Notes: generated by a model not told the origin, from the letters alone. A stretch of DNA of 64,000 nt from Candidatus Babeliales bacterium (GCA_963701665.1 OY969622.1:32001-96000), one strand, 5' to 3'. Counted from the first letter of the stretch, positions 29,735 to 41,201 are shown. Numbers and translations are program-made.

Positions 29735-30387
29735 GGATTCTTGACGATGAGCATTACTTTAAACCCGCGCAAAGGACGCTTGAGCGAGTGGCGCAATGTT
29801 TGCATAAGCAGCAAGGCAAAGCTGCGCATTAATTGTTGATCTCTTTCAGGTGTTTGATTTATTACTCCGTCGAACTTTACATTCAATTGATAGGAGGACG
29901 CCTGCGTTGTGAAGGTTACATTCGGACGATTGAGACGTTCAAACATACCTTTAAGCCATACGTTGACCATATCAATCATTTCTTGCGTCCACACTTCTTT
30001 CTGGGATTGTGGCTGAGGTTGGTGTGTGCGTTGCTCAACGGGTCTTTCTCTTTTTTGCTGTGGCGGTTGTTGCGTGATAGTTTTTTGTTGATACCTGGTT
30101 TTTTCAGCTGTTTGTGCGGGTTCACTATATTGTTTTACTTGTGCTGAACTTATATTTTTGGCACTAACTTGCTCTCGTTTTTTAAATTCTTCTTTTTCGA
30201 CTTTTTTAAGCGGGCTTTTTTCATCAAAGAAAATACCAACTTTGGCCGATTGCACCGTCATGCCAATAAAATTTTTTTTTGGCTCTTCAAAAACTTTTAT
30301 AGAAAATTCTTTTGGTTTTCCTGCATTTTCCCAAGCCTTTTCGATTGCTTTTATCAGTGAAGAAGCTTCTTGCATGAGTGATTTCAT
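29731..30387 (-). CDS. Jag_N-domain protein (truncated KhpB/Jag)
   Basis: N-terminal ...AIEKA...I.V.EEPKKNFIG...AKV; ATGA-coupled to mnmE, the usual jag position. Confidence 0.75.
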   Translation of the reverse strand: MKSLMQEASSLIKAIEKAWENAGKPKEFSIKVFEEPKKNFIGMTVQSAKVGIFFDEKSPLKKVEKEEFKKREQVSAKNISSAQVKQYSEPAQTAEKTRYQQKTITQQPPQQKRERPVEQRTHQPQPQSQKEVWTQEMIDMVNVWLKGMFERLNRPNVTFTTQASSYQLNVKFDGVINQTPERDQQLMRSFALLLMQTLRHSLKRPLRGFKVMLIVKNP

Positions 30388-30557
30388 TGTAATAGAACCC
30401 TTATATTGAATTTTTATATGGAAAACAACCTATTTTTAGCCTATTCTTTCACGATTTTTTGTACAAGAAAAATGACAAGAATGTTTTCAAAAGATAGGAA
30501 CAGTTAATGGGCATTTTTAATTATAATGTGTAGGGACAGGAAAAAGTTAAACAGTTA

Positions 30558-30632
30558 TGGAGCGGGAAACGGGGGTCGAACCCGCGACCTTTGCCTTGGC
30601 AAGGCAACGCTCTACCACTGAGCTATTCCCGC
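30558..30632 (-). tRNA. tRNA-Gly (GCC)
   Basis: GCGGGAATAGCTCAGTGGTAGAGC-GTTGCC-TTGCCAA-GGCAA...GGTTCGACCC...TCCCGC-TCCA. Confidence 0.97.
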
Positions 30633-30710
30633 GCTAAAAACATTTAAATCCTAACAAAAATAGGACTATTGTCAATCGGGCCTAGCCCAGCCTTTTCCCC
30701 TGCAAATGGG

Positions 30711-31046
30711 TTATAGATCGATACTGAGTACAAAAAAAGGTGGTTCGCATTTCTCATCTGCCTCTTGGCACGGGTTATAATCAATATTTTTATAGGTGCC
30801 AATCATTTTACCGGTACATACTTCTAGGCAATTTTTGGCTTTAACGCCGACAAATTCTATCTCTTCAGGCCCATTATGTGCACAGGTGACTTTTGTGCAT
30901 AGTACCGCTTTAGTCTCAGGATTATACACACCGACATACCCTGTATGTAGTTGCTCAAATGAAGAATCACGTAAATTGATATTTTTCTCGCTTCCTTTGA
31001 GAGTTAAAAAAATCAGGCTTACAATGATTACATATTTCCTAGGCAT
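30711..31046 (-). CDS. Small Cys-rich exported hypothetical protein
   Basis: RBS AAGGAG, signal peptide, 6 Cys. Confidence 0.65.
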   Translation of the reverse strand: MPRKYVIIVSLIFLTLKGSEKNINLRDSSFEQLHTGYVGVYNPETKAVLCTKVTCAHNGPEEIEFVGVKAKNCLEVCTGKMIGTYKNIDYNPCQEADEKCEPPFFVLSIDL

Positions 31047-31116
31047 AATTTCTCCTTTCTATGAGAATTCATATGAAAATTACAAACTCAAAACCGGAAA
31101 AATAATAATCAGCAGA

Positions 31117-31229
31117 TGTCATCCTGAGGAGCGCAGCGACGTAGGGATCCAGGACTTTTAATAAAATCCTTAAAGGAATTAATTTTCTAGACTGGATTCC
31201 TACGACAACTTCGTTGTCTCAGAATGACA
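31117..31229. repeat. REPIN-like element, copy 5
   Basis: TGTCATCCTGAGGAGC..CGTAGGGATCCAG-spacer-CTGGATTCCTACG..CTCAGAATGACA. Confidence 0.88.
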
Positions 31230-31391
31230 TCAGCTTGCATATATTTTCTTTGCTAAAGGAACCTTTAATATACTTAAAAATGATTCCCCCATAATTTATG
31301 TTACAATTTGAAATATTAAGAAATCAATGTTTGTTGCTAAAGCTTTTTTTTAGGGGTACGCTCAAAAATAAAAAAATGAAAAGTATATAGT

Positions 31392-31991
31392 ATGATTACT
31401 ACATTACAAGGATGTATAAAAGAAATAAAAGACCAGAGCCTTACGGTGGAAATCAATGGCATTGGTTTTGCTGTTTTAATGCCTCGTACTGAACAGTTCA
31501 AAAAAGAAGCGCACGTTTTTTTAAGAACTTATTTGCACTGGAATCAGGAAAATGGCCCAACCTTATTCGGTTTTGAAACGGAAGTTGAGCGTTCATTATT
31601 TCTATTAATTACTTCATGTTCCGGTATCGGCCCTAAAATTGCTTTAATGGTGCTGAAACATTTGCAACCGGCAGTTCTTATAAAGGCGGTACAAACTAGC
31701 GATGAAAAAATTTTGAGTTCAGTGCCAGGTATCGGTTCAAAAAAAGCTGAACAAATGATTGTGCAACTCCGTCATAAAGTTGAAAAACTTCTTGAATCAG
31801 GCATAGTAGTTAATGATGATGTATCGCTAGCGCATTGGACTACGTTGAATGATGTGTTAACATCATTGCACTATTCTCGTCAGGAAATTGCTGCTGCGTT
31901 ATCACATGTTAAAGATTCAGACACCTATCAGAATGCAACGTTTGACCACCTTCTGCGTCAGGCGCTTTCGTTTTTATCAAAGCGTGTTTAA
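31392..31991 (+). CDS. ruvA: Holliday junction branch migration protein RuvA
   Basis: LFGF...ER.LF..L...SGIGPK.AL and VPGIG.KKAE motifs. Confidence 0.95.
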   Translation: MITTLQGCIKEIKDQSLTVEINGIGFAVLMPRTEQFKKEAHVFLRTYLHWNQENGPTLFGFETEVERSLFLLITSCSGIGPKIALMVLKHLQPAVLIKAVQTSDEKILSSVPGIGSKKAEQMIVQLRHKVEKLLESGIVVNDDVSLAHWTTLNDVLTSLHYSRQEIAAALSHVKDSDTYQNATFDHLLRQALSFLSKRV

Positions 31992-32023
31992 TTACTCATC
32001 AACATTCGCAAGAAAGGCTTGCT

Positions 32024-33334
32024 GTGAACTGCTTAGAATTCTTTACGACCATTAATACGGTAATTGGTATACCGTTTACATTTCTTTTTTTGATTGTGGG
32101 CATTATTCTGACTATAAAAACAGGGTTCCCACAAATTTTTGCATTTGGGCATTTCAGAGAACTCATTAAAGATGGGTTAAAACGTACGCATACAGGCAAT
32201 CTTAAAACAATTGACGCTTTTCATGCACTGTTTACTGCGATGGCGACATCAATTGGTATTGGGAATATTGTAGGCCCTTCTCTTGCCATTGTTGTTGGTG
32301 GCCCAGGTGCGCTTTTTTGGTTGATCGTGTATGCCTTTTTTGGTTCCGTAACGAAGTTAACGGAAGTTGTTTTTGCTATGTATTATCGCACAAAAACTTC
32401 TGATGGACGTATTTTAGGGGGACCGGCAGAATATTTAAAAATGGTGCATCCATGGTTTGCCAATTGGTATGGTATTACAACGGTATTTTTGTTTGCAGGA
32501 TGGTCAGGTATTCAATCAAAAGCATTAGCAGAAATTTTATTAAAAAATGGCATGCAAGAATGGGTTACGGGATTAATACTTGCTTTGTTTACTTTTTATA
32601 TTTTAATTGGCGGTGCACAACGCGTTGGCAATATTGCTAGTAAATTAGTACCACTTATGTTTACTCTCTATGTTATGTTTAGTATGTGGATTTTGCTCAG
32701 TGATATACCATCACTTTTTGCTGCATTTAAAATAATCGGCAGATCCATTTTGACACCAACAGCACCTATAGGAGGTTTTTTAGGGTCAACTATTTTTTCT
32801 TGTATCAAAGAAGGTGTTTATAAGAGTGTTTTTATTACTGAGTCAGGTATGGGCACCTCATCAATTGCGCATTCGATGTCAGATGCAAAAAAACCAATAG
32901 ATCAGGGTATCTTGGCAATGTATTCTGTGGCTGCTGATACACTTTTATGTTTGCTGTCTGGATTGCTTGTAATAACCACAGGAATTTGGAAAATGGGAAC
33001 TTTCAGTAATTCCTTAATTTTTAAGGTATTTGAATCTGAATTGCCGACCATTGGCCCATTATTTTTTATTATGAGTGTAATATTATTTGTTGCTACAACG
33101 GTGCTTGGTAACACTTTTAATGGTGGCCAAAGTTTTGCAACGTTCATTAGTAATTATCGTTGGCTCCGATCATATTATGTTTTTGTGTGTTGTATTATTT
33201 TCCTGAGTGCAATTATGGAAGTGCCGCTGGTGTGGGCAATTATGGATGTGCTTTTACCGCTTGTTGCGCTGCCTAATCTTCTAGGAATTTTGATACTGGC
33301 ATTTAAACATCCCCATGCATTGCGCTATCCTTAA
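32024..33334 (+). CDS. Alanine/glycine:cation symporter (AlsT/AgcS family)
   Basis: IGIGNIVG, GGPGALFW, GGPA.Y, ESGMG and ALPNL motifs. Confidence 0.9.
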   Translation: MNCLEFFTTINTVIGIPFTFLFLIVGIILTIKTGFPQIFAFGHFRELIKDGLKRTHTGNLKTIDAFHALFTAMATSIGIGNIVGPSLAIVVGGPGALFWLIVYAFFGSVTKLTEVVFAMYYRTKTSDGRILGGPAEYLKMVHPWFANWYGITTVFLFAGWSGIQSKALAEILLKNGMQEWVTGLILALFTFYILIGGAQRVGNIASKLVPLMFTLYVMFSMWILLSDIPSLFAAFKIIGRSILTPTAPIGGFLGSTIFSCIKEGVYKSVFITESGMGTSSIAHSMSDAKKPIDQGILAMYSVAADTLLCLLSGLLVITTGIWKMGTFSNSLIFKVFESELPTIGPLFFIMSVILFVATTVLGNTFNGGQSFATFISNYRWLRSYYVFVCCIIFLSAIMEVPLVWAIMDVLLPLVALPNLLGILILAFKHPHALRYP

Positions 33335-33442
33335 TCGAGAAAAAAGATTACAATCTGAGTATTTTTGACATATATTTTCTTATAAAGTACATTATTTATT
33401 AATATCTTTTTATTATGTTAGAAGTCTTACTAGGAAAATAGT

Positions 33443-33910
33443 ATGAAATTATTAGCTGCCGTTTCGCTGCTTCTTACTATAAGCACCGTATTTGGTAACG
33501 AAGATGATTTTTCTTATATCGATAGTATGAGAAAGAAGACTGATTCTCAGAGTGAATGTAATGAACATCAATGTACCGTTCTAAAGGGTGAGCTAAAATT
33601 TCTTGATGCTCGTATTGCACACAGAAATCTTAAGATTAGAAGAATTGAAGATGCCATGTTACATTATAATGGTCCCATTGGATTCGTAGGAGGAGCTATT
33701 TGTTTTGCTTTTGTTAATCCTGCTATTTCTTTCTTATTACTAGGTGGTGCGCTCGTTAGTATAGGGAATGCACATGTGATAAGCCCTGTTCGACATTCTT
33801 GGCATCAAAAAGTGCTTTTTAACCTTGAACAAAAGCGCGCTGAAGCTCGAGAAAAATTCAAACATACGTGCAAGGATCCTTTACAAAAACCCTTTGAAAA
33901 AGTACCATAA
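33443..33910 (+). CDS. Exported/membrane hypothetical protein (coiled coil + hydrophobic hairpin)
   Basis: Signal peptide plus a central Gly-rich hydrophobic segment. Confidence 0.7.
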   Translation: MKLLAAVSLLLTISTVFGNEDDFSYIDSMRKKTDSQSECNEHQCTVLKGELKFLDARIAHRNLKIRRIEDAMLHYNGPIGFVGGAICFAFVNPAISFLLLGGALVSIGNAHVISPVRHSWHQKVLFNLEQKRAEAREKFKHTCKDPLQKPFEKVP

Positions 33911-33978
33911 AACCTGTTTTTGTAGTTATATTTATCTCTATTTTATCCACAAACATATTTCAGGACCGAGGATATTCT

Positions 33979-35952
33979 ATGAACCCACTTGAAAGTTATT
34001 TATTACTCATGCTTGTTGCTGCGTGCGGATTGGCCGTGGTAACTTTCTTGTTTTACAAAATTGTTAAAATAAAAGTTGACAGTGATGTAGCACAGAAAAT
34101 TGCAACCGCAATCTCAGAAGGTGCTATGACCTTTTTGGAAGAAGAATACAAAATAATCGGTATCGTAGCGCTTATTGTTGCGGCATTGTTATGGTATGGA
34201 TTAGGCATGTATGCTGCACTCGCATTTTTAGCGGGCGCTTTGCTTTCTTCTGCGACCGGTTTTATTGGCATGCGCGCGGCCACCTTCGCGAACGTACGCA
34301 CGACAATGGCTGCGAAAAATAAAGGTGAACTCGCGGCATTCTCTGTTGCATTTTTTGGTGGCGGCGTCATGGGTTTTGCAGTGGCAACGTTCGGTCTTTT
34401 TGGTTTAGCAACCGTGTTTTATGTATTTGGGTACAGCAGTTCATTCATTCCTATTTTGACCAGTTTTGGTTTAGGCGGCAGTTTGGTTGCATTTTTTGCG
34501 CGCGTTGGTGGTGGTATTTTTACTAAATCTGCTGACGTTGGTGCTGATTTAGTAGGAAAAGTCGAAGCAGGAATTCCTGAAGATGATCCACGTAATCCTG
34601 CAGTTATTGCTGATAACGTTGGTGATTGTGTTGGTGATACTGCCGGTATGGGCGCCGATATTTTTGAATCATATGTGGGCGCAATGGTTTCTAGCATTAT
34701 ATTAGCGCTTGGCAGTACCAACTATAATAATTTCATGTATACCTCGTTGCCTTTGATGCTTTCAGCAATTGGTTTGATTAGCTCTATTATAGGTTTGTGT
34801 TCAAATTTCTTTTTGCGTGTGAATCCTGCTGCCATGTTGCGTTATGCAACGTTTATTGCGATTTTTGTTTTTGCGTGCGCGAGTGGCGGCTATCTTTACT
34901 ATTTTGATCTTGATATGCATCTTTTTGTTTCGATTATATTTGGATGCCTTGCTGGTATTATTATTGGATTAATTACAGAATATTATACCGGTGGACAACC
35001 GGTGATTAATATTGCAAACAGTTCTCGCTCGGGTGCAGCAACCAATTTAATTTACGGATTATCAGTTGGTATGGAGTCAACAGTAATTCCCGTTGTTTTA
35101 CTTGCAATTGCGGTGTTATGCGCATTTAACTATGGCGGCGGACTTTTTGGCGTCGCACTTTCAGCAGTTGCTATGCTTGCAACCGTTGGTATTACCATGA
35201 CGGTAGATGCGTATGGCCCAATTGCTGATAATGCGGGCGGTATCGCAGAAATGTCAGATTTTGGTCCTAATGTTCGTGCTATTACTGATAAACTTGATGC
35301 ACTCGGCAATACAACAGCGGCAATGGGCAAAGGTTTTGCCATAGGTTCAGCATTGTTAACAGCGCTCGCTCTTTTTGCAGCATATTCAGAGTTAGCAAAA
35401 TTGACTGCGCTCAACGTTCTTGATCCATTAGTATTAGGTGGTATGTTCATTGGCGGTGTAATGCCGTTTTTAATATCAGCATTAACGATGCGCTCGGTTG
35501 GTCAAGCAGCATTGAAAATGGTAATGGAAGTGCGCCGACAATTTAAAGAAATTCCTGGCCTTATGGAAGGAACAGCAGAACCCGATTACAAACGATGTAT
35601 TGCCATTAGTACACAAGCAGCATTGCATGAAATGGTTTTGCCCGGTGTACTCACGGTAATTTTGCCGGTAGTTATTAAATTTACGCTCGGCGTACAAGCA
35701 CTTGGTGGTCTTTTGGTTGGTGCGACGCTCGTTGGTGTCCTTCTTGCGCTCATGATGGCAAATGGCGGTGGCGCGTGGGATAATGCAAAAAAATATATTG
35801 AAGCTGGTCATCTTGGCGGCAAAGGTTCTGATGCGCACAAAGCGGCGGTTGTTGGCGACACCGTTGGAGATCCTTTCAAAGATACATCCGGCCCCGCGCT
35901 CAATATTTTAATTAAGTTAATGTCAATCGTTGCATTACTCTTAGTTTCGTAA
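33979..35952 (+). CDS. hppA: Membrane-bound K+-dependent (probably Na+-translocating) pyrophosphatase
   Basis: [42 protein letters not shown] and [10 protein letters not shown] motifs. Confidence 0.95.
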   Translation: MNPLESYLLLMLVAACGLAVVTFLFYKIVKIKVDSDVAQKIATAISEGAMTFLEEEYKIIGIVALIVAALLWYGLGMYAALAFLAGALLSSATGFIGMRAATFANVRTTMAAKNKGELAAFSVAFFGGGVMGFAVATFGLFGLATVFYVFGYSSSFIPILTSFGLGGSLVAFFARVGGGIFTKSADVGADLVGKVEAGIPEDDPRNPAVIADNVGDCVGDTAGMGADIFESYVGAMVSSIILALGSTNYNNFMYTSLPLMLSAIGLISSIIGLCSNFFLRVNPAAMLRYATFIAIFVFACASGGYLYYFDLDMHLFVSIIFGCLAGIIIGLITEYYTGGQPVINIANSSRSGAATNLIYGLSVGMESTVIPVVLLAIAVLCAFNYGGGLFGVALSAVAMLATVGITMTVDAYGPIADNAGGIAEMSDFGPNVRAITDKLDALGNTTAAMGKGFAIGSALLTALALFAAYSELAKLTALNVLDPLVLGGMFIGGVMPFLISALTMRSVGQAALKMVMEVRRQFKEIPGLMEGTAEPDYKRCIAISTQAALHEMVLPGVLTVILPVVIKFTLGVQALGGLLVGATLVGVLLALMMANGGGAWDNAKKYIEAGHLGGKGSDAHKAAVVGDTVGDPFKDTSGPALNILIKLMSIVALLLVS

Positions 35953-35961
35953 ACATTGATT

Positions 35962-36006
35962 AAAAAAAGAAGAGCATGATTTGTTTAATCATGCTCTTCT
36001 TTTTTT
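35962..36006. terminator. Bidirectional terminator
   Basis: A-tract GAAGAGCATGATT / AATCATGCTCTTC T-tract. Confidence 0.85.
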
Positions 36007-36025
36007 GCTATTTATTGCTTAATTA

Positions 36026-36712
36026 TTATTCTTCATCTTCTTCAACAGCGACATAACGAATTTTTTTCCCGCCAGGTCCTCTGCGTGTTATTTGTTGTGG
36101 CGCAGATTTTTTTTGTTGCGCTGTTCTTTTTGCTTGCGCGCGTGTTGTGCGTGTTGGTTTTTTTGGTTCTTCCTTAGCAGGTGCTGGAGCTGCGACAGGT
36201 TTTTTTTCTTTCTTTTCTTCTTTTTCAATAACTTGTTTTTGTTTTCCTGCACCCTGTTTTTGCATTCCGCCATTTTTTAATTGCTCAACAAGATCAGTTA
36301 AGTTGCCTTTTGAGATACCGCCAATGCGAGAAAACAATTGTCCACCATTTTTATCGAAAAAAATAATTGTTGGGTATCCTTCGACCTTTAATTCACGCAT
36401 AACGTCAGGTGCATGATCGCCATCTGCAGCAAGGAAATTTATACTAGCACCATATTCTTTTGCTAATTGTTCATATGGTTCTTTGAGTTCTTTGCATGGG
36501 CCACACCATGATGTGTAACATTTTACAACCATTGGTTTTCCAGCATTTTTATATCTGTTGAATTCATTCATTGATTTAACGTCAATGACTTTATGTGCTG
36601 ATCTAGATGGTACAATGTCGATAGCACCCATGAGACATTCTTCTTTGGCATGTAGCATGCCGATGAAAGCGAATGTTACAATAACATTACCGAGTGCTTT
36701 AATGGTATTCAT
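36026..36712 (-). CDS. Exported thioredoxin with basic low-complexity tail
   Basis: WCGPC, cis-Pro GYPT, signal peptide. Confidence 0.85.
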   Translation of the reverse strand: MNTIKALGNVIVTFAFIGMLHAKEECLMGAIDIVPSRSAHKVIDVKSMNEFNRYKNAGKPMVVKCYTSWCGPCKELKEPYEQLAKEYGASINFLAADGDHAPDVMRELKVEGYPTIIFFDKNGGQLFSRIGGISKGNLTDLVEQLKNGGMQKQGAGKQKQVIEKEEKKEKKPVAAPAPAKEEPKKPTRTTRAQAKRTAQQKKSAPQQITRRGPGGKKIRYVAVEEDEE

Positions 36713-36727
36713 AGCAAAATCCTTATA

Positions 36728-37114
36728 TTAATTGGTTGTAATACTTTTTATTTTTTTGCTGAAATCTTCAGAACGTGGTATGCCAGCTTTTTTCTCAATA
36801 ACGTTACCTGCTTTGTTGCAATACATTATTGTTGGATATCCAGTTATAGTATATTTATCTGCAACTTCTTTATTTGCATCACAATTTACGTTCATAAATC
36901 TAACATCTGGATATTCTTGCGATATCTTTTCAAATGTTGGTGCAAATTTTTTACATGCAGGACACCAAGGTTCATAAAATTTTACTATGGCGGGTTTACC
37001 TTCGTGTAACTTTGTTTCAAATTCTGCAGGCGAGCCTTTGAATTCTTCTACCGTGCATTGTATACTAATATGCATCACTAAAATCATGCACGATGTTAAT
37101 ACTATAGATTTCAT
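36728..37114 (-). CDS. Exported thioredoxin-family protein
   Basis: WCPAC, GYPT; RBS AAGGAG before ATG 37114; signal peptide. Confidence 0.85.
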   Translation of the reverse strand: MKSIVLTSCMILVMHISIQCTVEEFKGSPAEFETKLHEGKPAIVKFYEPWCPACKKFAPTFEKISQEYPDVRFMNVNCDANKEVADKYTITGYPTIMYCNKAGNVIEKKAGIPRSEDFSKKIKSITTN

Positions 37115-37583
37115 CTGACAAATCTCCTTTTTTCTTTTCATTTTTAAGATAGAGGTTTTGTTATTTGTGTGTCAATACTACGCAAGTGTTGCGTGAGTGA
37201 CACATTTTTTGTGAGGAAAAAAGCACAACTGTTTACAATATTTAGGTCATTCATTTATACAATAAATCTTATGGAGAGATTACTATTTGTATTGAGTGGG
37301 AAACTTATTTCATAAAAAAATGAAGAATATGTTTTGTATTTATGACTATTAAATTTTTGTTTGCTTAGAAGGATTTAAGGTGGTACAGTAGATGATAATG
37401 TCATTAATTAATTTTACAAATAGAAAAACAATCTGTTTTGTTTTAATCTGCTTTTTTGTCCGCCTGCTGTACAAGCATGTTGCATAATTTTTTAACAATA
37501 AGGAGTAGATAGGAAGCATGTTTTGTTATTTTTGTATTTTTTTAACAGGGTATTTTTATCTTTAGCATCTAAAAAGGAAAACT

Positions 37584-40154
37584 ATGAATTCTCAGAGCAG
37601 TCTCATAAATGGGGGTTTTGAGACATCAGCTGTGCATAAAAGTACATTTGATCATATGATGGTAACTAAAAGAAATGGTAACCGTGTGCCATTTGACAGT
37701 GATAAGGTGTATGCCACCATTAATCGTATCATGGGCAATTTATCATCACTCGTTTCTATTGATTTGATTGTCAAAGAAGTTATAAAAAATATTTATGACG
37801 GCGTAACAACACAAGATCTCGAAAAAGCATTTGTTTTATCTGCTATTGTATTTTTAGAACAAGATCCTTCGTATGGTGTTATTGCAGCACGACTGTTATT
37901 GCAGGCTGTTTACAAAGAGGTTTTTAAAGTTTCCGCAACTGATGCTACTCTTACTGCTTTGTATCAAAATGCTTTTATTACGAGTATTGAACGTGGTGTT
38001 GAAAATAAGATTCTAAGTCCTGCTATGCTTGACTATGATTTAGAATTTTTAGCACAAAACTTGCGTGTTGAACGTGACTATTTACTCGAATATCTGGGAT
38101 TGCAAACATTATACGATCGCTATTTTCTTAAAATTAATAAAAAGAAAATTGAATTGCCGCAAACGTTCTGGATGCGTATTGCAATGGGACTTGCTTTGCA
38201 AGAACCAAATAAACAACAAAAGGCACTTGAATTTTATGAGCTCTTTTCCACCTTGCGCTATATTTCTTCAACGCCGACATTATTTCATTCCGGCTATATT
38301 ATTCCTCAATTAAGTTCCTGTTATTTAACAACAGTCCATGATGATTTGGCACATATTTTTAAATGCATGGGTGATAATGCGCAATTATCAAAGTGGGCTG
38401 GTGGTATAGGTAATGATTGGACTAATATTCGTGGCACTGGATCCATGATTAAAGGCATCCATGCAACGAGCCAAGGCGTAGTTCCATTTTTAAAAATTGC
38501 TAATGATGTTGTTGCAGGTATTACGCGCAGTGGTATCAGGCGTGGTGGTACGTGTGCCTACCTTGAAACATGGCATTTAGATATTGAAGAATTTCTTGAT
38601 CTTCGCCGAAACACTGGTGATGAACGCCGTAGAACGCATGACATGAATACTGCAAATTGGATTCCAGATCTTTTTATGAAGCGTGTGCTTGCTGATCAAG
38701 AATGGACTTTGTTTTCACCGGATGAAGTACCGGACTTACATGATCTTTATGGCAAAACATTTGAGCAGCGTTATGAAGAGTATGAACAAAAAGCAAAAAA
38801 TGGACAAATGATACAGTTTAAAACTATATCTGCGCTTAAATTGTGGCGTAAAATGTTGAGTAGACTTTTTGAAACTGGGCATCCTTGGATTACGTTCAAA
38901 GATCCGTGTAATATTCGTTCACCACAAGATCATGCTGGTGTTGTACATAGTTCAAATTTGTGTACGGAAATTACGCTCAATACCTCAGTTGATGAAACTG
39001 CGGTATGTAATTTAGGATCAGTCAATCTATCGCGGCATATTGTTAATGGTGTGCTTGACGAAGAAATGCTGGCGCAAACGATTAAAACTGCAATACGTAT
39101 GCTTGATAATGTTATTGATTTAAATTTTTATCCAACTATCGAAGCAAAAAATTCAAATATACGCCATCGCCCTGTTGGTCTTGGCTGTATGGGATTTCAA
39201 GATGCTTTATTTAAATTAAATATTCCTTTTGATTCTGAAGAAGCAGTTACCTTTGCAGATAATCTTGGGGAAAAGTTTTTATATTATGCCGTTCTTGGTT
39301 CTTCTGAATTAGCGCAAGAACGTGGTACCTATAAAAGTTATAAAGGTTCTAAATGGGATCGGGACATTTTTCCACTCGATACGATCGAGCTCCTTGAAAA
39401 AGAACGAGGGATGCCGATCGAAGTTTCGCGTTCAAGTTCACTTGACTGGACGCCAGTTAGAAGACATGTAAAAGAATGGGGGATGCGAAATTCTAATGTG
39501 TTAGCAGTTGCGCCAACAGCAACCATCGCTAACATTGCCGGTTGTTATCCATGCATTGAACCTATGTATCAAAATATTTATGTAAAGGCAAATATCGCTG
39601 GTGAATTTACCGTGATAAATACCTATTTAGTACACGATTTAAAAGCATTAGGATTGTGGAGCCAATCAATGCTTGAGCAATTGAAATATTATGATGGTAA
39701 TTTGCAAATGATTGATGAAATTCCAGATCATCTTAAACGTAAATATAAAGGTGCATTTGAGTTAGATCCTACCCACATGATCAAAATTACTGCTGCGCGT
39801 GGTAAGTGGGTAGATCAAAGCCAATCGCATAATGTTTTCATGCAAGGAGTATCTGGGCAAAAATTGCATGAAATCTATACAACAGGCTGGCGTATGGGAA
39901 TGAAAACATTTTATTATTTGAGAACTCTTGGTGCAAGTCAGATAGAAAAGTCTACCTTAGATGCTAAAAAATGGGGCTATACACAAAAAAGAGAATATAA
40001 AGATGGTTCTTCATCTGATATGCAATCTGAGACTATTATGTTTAGTCCTAACGTTGCTTCATCTGCTGAGCAAGCCGAGCCTATTGCATTTAGCCCTGCG
40101 AAGGCGTACGTGTGTGATATAGATAATCCGGGTGAATGCGAATCATGTCAGTAA
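37584..40154 (+). CDS. nrdA: Ribonucleotide reductase class I alpha subunit with ATP cone
   Basis: VTKRNG ATP cone; QLSSC, SNLCTEI, VCNLGS, APTAT, KTFYY motifs; C-terminal CESCQ. Confidence 0.96.
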   Translation: MNSQSSLINGGFETSAVHKSTFDHMMVTKRNGNRVPFDSDKVYATINRIMGNLSSLVSIDLIVKEVIKNIYDGVTTQDLEKAFVLSAIVFLEQDPSYGVIAARLLLQAVYKEVFKVSATDATLTALYQNAFITSIERGVENKILSPAMLDYDLEFLAQNLRVERDYLLEYLGLQTLYDRYFLKINKKKIELPQTFWMRIAMGLALQEPNKQQKALEFYELFSTLRYISSTPTLFHSGYIIPQLSSCYLTTVHDDLAHIFKCMGDNAQLSKWAGGIGNDWTNIRGTGSMIKGIHATSQGVVPFLKIANDVVAGITRSGIRRGGTCAYLETWHLDIEEFLDLRRNTGDERRRTHDMNTANWIPDLFMKRVLADQEWTLFSPDEVPDLHDLYGKTFEQRYEEYEQKAKNGQMIQFKTISALKLWRKMLSRLFETGHPWITFKDPCNIRSPQDHAGVVHSSNLCTEITLNTSVDETAVCNLGSVNLSRHIVNGVLDEEMLAQTIKTAIRMLDNVIDLNFYPTIEAKNSNIRHRPVGLGCMGFQDALFKLNIPFDSEEAVTFADNLGEKFLYYAVLGSSELAQERGTYKSYKGSKWDRDIFPLDTIELLEKERGMPIEVSRSSSLDWTPVRRHVKEWGMRNSNVLAVAPTATIANIAGCYPCIEPMYQNIYVKANIAGEFTVINTYLVHDLKALGLWSQSMLEQLKYYDGNLQMIDEIPDHLKRKYKGAFELDPTHMIKITAARGKWVDQSQSHNVFMQGVSGQKLHEIYTTGWRMGMKTFYYLRTLGASQIEKSTLDAKKWGYTQKREYKDGSSSDMQSETIMFSPNVASSAEQAEPIAFSPAKAYVCDIDNPGECESCQ

Positions 40155-40168
40155 TATAAGGAAAAGTT

Positions 40169-41173
40169 ATGATACAAAAAAAAACAATCTTAAATAATAG
40201 TGTTACTGATCCTAATAAAATATTGCCTATGACCTATATGTGGGCACGTCAACATTATAAAGATGGTATTGCAAATAATTGGACGCCAGAAGAAATTTCT
40301 ATGCAACAGGATGTTGAGCAATGGAAATCTGCAACATTTTTATCAGAAAAAGAACGCCGATTAATTTTGTGGAACCTCGGTTTTTTTTCAACAGCAGAAT
40401 CATTAACGGCGAACAATCTAGTGTTGGCAGTGTATCGTCATGTTACCAATCCTGAATGCCGTCAATATTTATTACGCCAAGCATTTGAAGAGGCGGTGCA
40501 TACGGATACATTCATCTACTGTTGTGACACATTAGGACTTGATCCTGATGAGATTTATAACATGTATAATACAATTCCTTCAATTGCCCAAAAAGACGCG
40601 TTTGTGATCGATCTGACGCAATCAATTTTTGACCCTAACTTCAAAACAGAAACACAAGAAGATATCAAGCGCTTTGTGCATGATCTGATTGGCTATTATG
40701 TGATCATGGAAGGCATTTTCTTTTATGCTGGTTTTGCTATGATGCTCGCGCTCAAACGCCAAAATAAGATGATCGGTATTGGTGAGCAGTTTGAATATAT
40801 CATGCGCGATGAGAGTGTGCACTTGGCATTTGGCTGTGATTTAATTAACGCGATCAAAGCTGAAAATCCTGCAATTTGGACTGAAACATTCCAACGAGAA
40901 ATCATCGAATTAATTAAAAAAGCAGTTATTTTAGAAAAACAATATGCAAAAGATGCGTGTCCTGAAGGGTTACTTGGTATAAACGCTCAACAATTCAGTG
41001 ATTATGTTGAATACATTGCCGATCGCCGTTTAGAACGTATCGATTTGCCAAAAGTGTATTTCACAGAAAATCCATTTCCATGGATGTCGCAATCGACAGA
41101 TTTGTCAAAAGAGAAGAATTTCTTTGAAACGCGTGTAACCGAGTACCAAACTGCCGGTTCACTCGAGTGGTAA
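40169..41173 (+). CDS. nrdB: Ribonucleotide reductase beta subunit, class Ic (R2c) signature
   Basis: FFSTAESL, EEAVHTDTF, MEGIFFYAGF, RDESVH and NFFETRVTEY motifs. Confidence 0.93.
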   Translation: MIQKKTILNNSVTDPNKILPMTYMWARQHYKDGIANNWTPEEISMQQDVEQWKSATFLSEKERRLILWNLGFFSTAESLTANNLVLAVYRHVTNPECRQYLLRQAFEEAVHTDTFIYCCDTLGLDPDEIYNMYNTIPSIAQKDAFVIDLTQSIFDPNFKTETQEDIKRFVHDLIGYYVIMEGIFFYAGFAMMLALKRQNKMIGIGEQFEYIMRDESVHLAFGCDLINAIKAENPAIWTETFQREIIELIKKAVILEKQYAKDACPEGLLGINAQQFSDYVEYIADRRLERIDLPKVYFTENPFPWMSQSTDLSKEKNFFETRVTEYQTAGSLEW

Positions 41174-41201
41174 AAGGCACTTATTTTTTTATCTTGATAA
41201 T

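Noticed and set aside
34053..35838. Antisense ORFs of 100+ aa over hppA (and similar ones over infB, gatB, zwf, tamB and 62675-63085)
   Set aside because: Shadow frames of well-supported genes on the opposite strand
37195..37300. Possible NrdR boxes upstream of nrdA (ACAATATTTAG near 37235)
   Set aside because: Only one partial match in very AT-rich DNA; no convincing tandem pair
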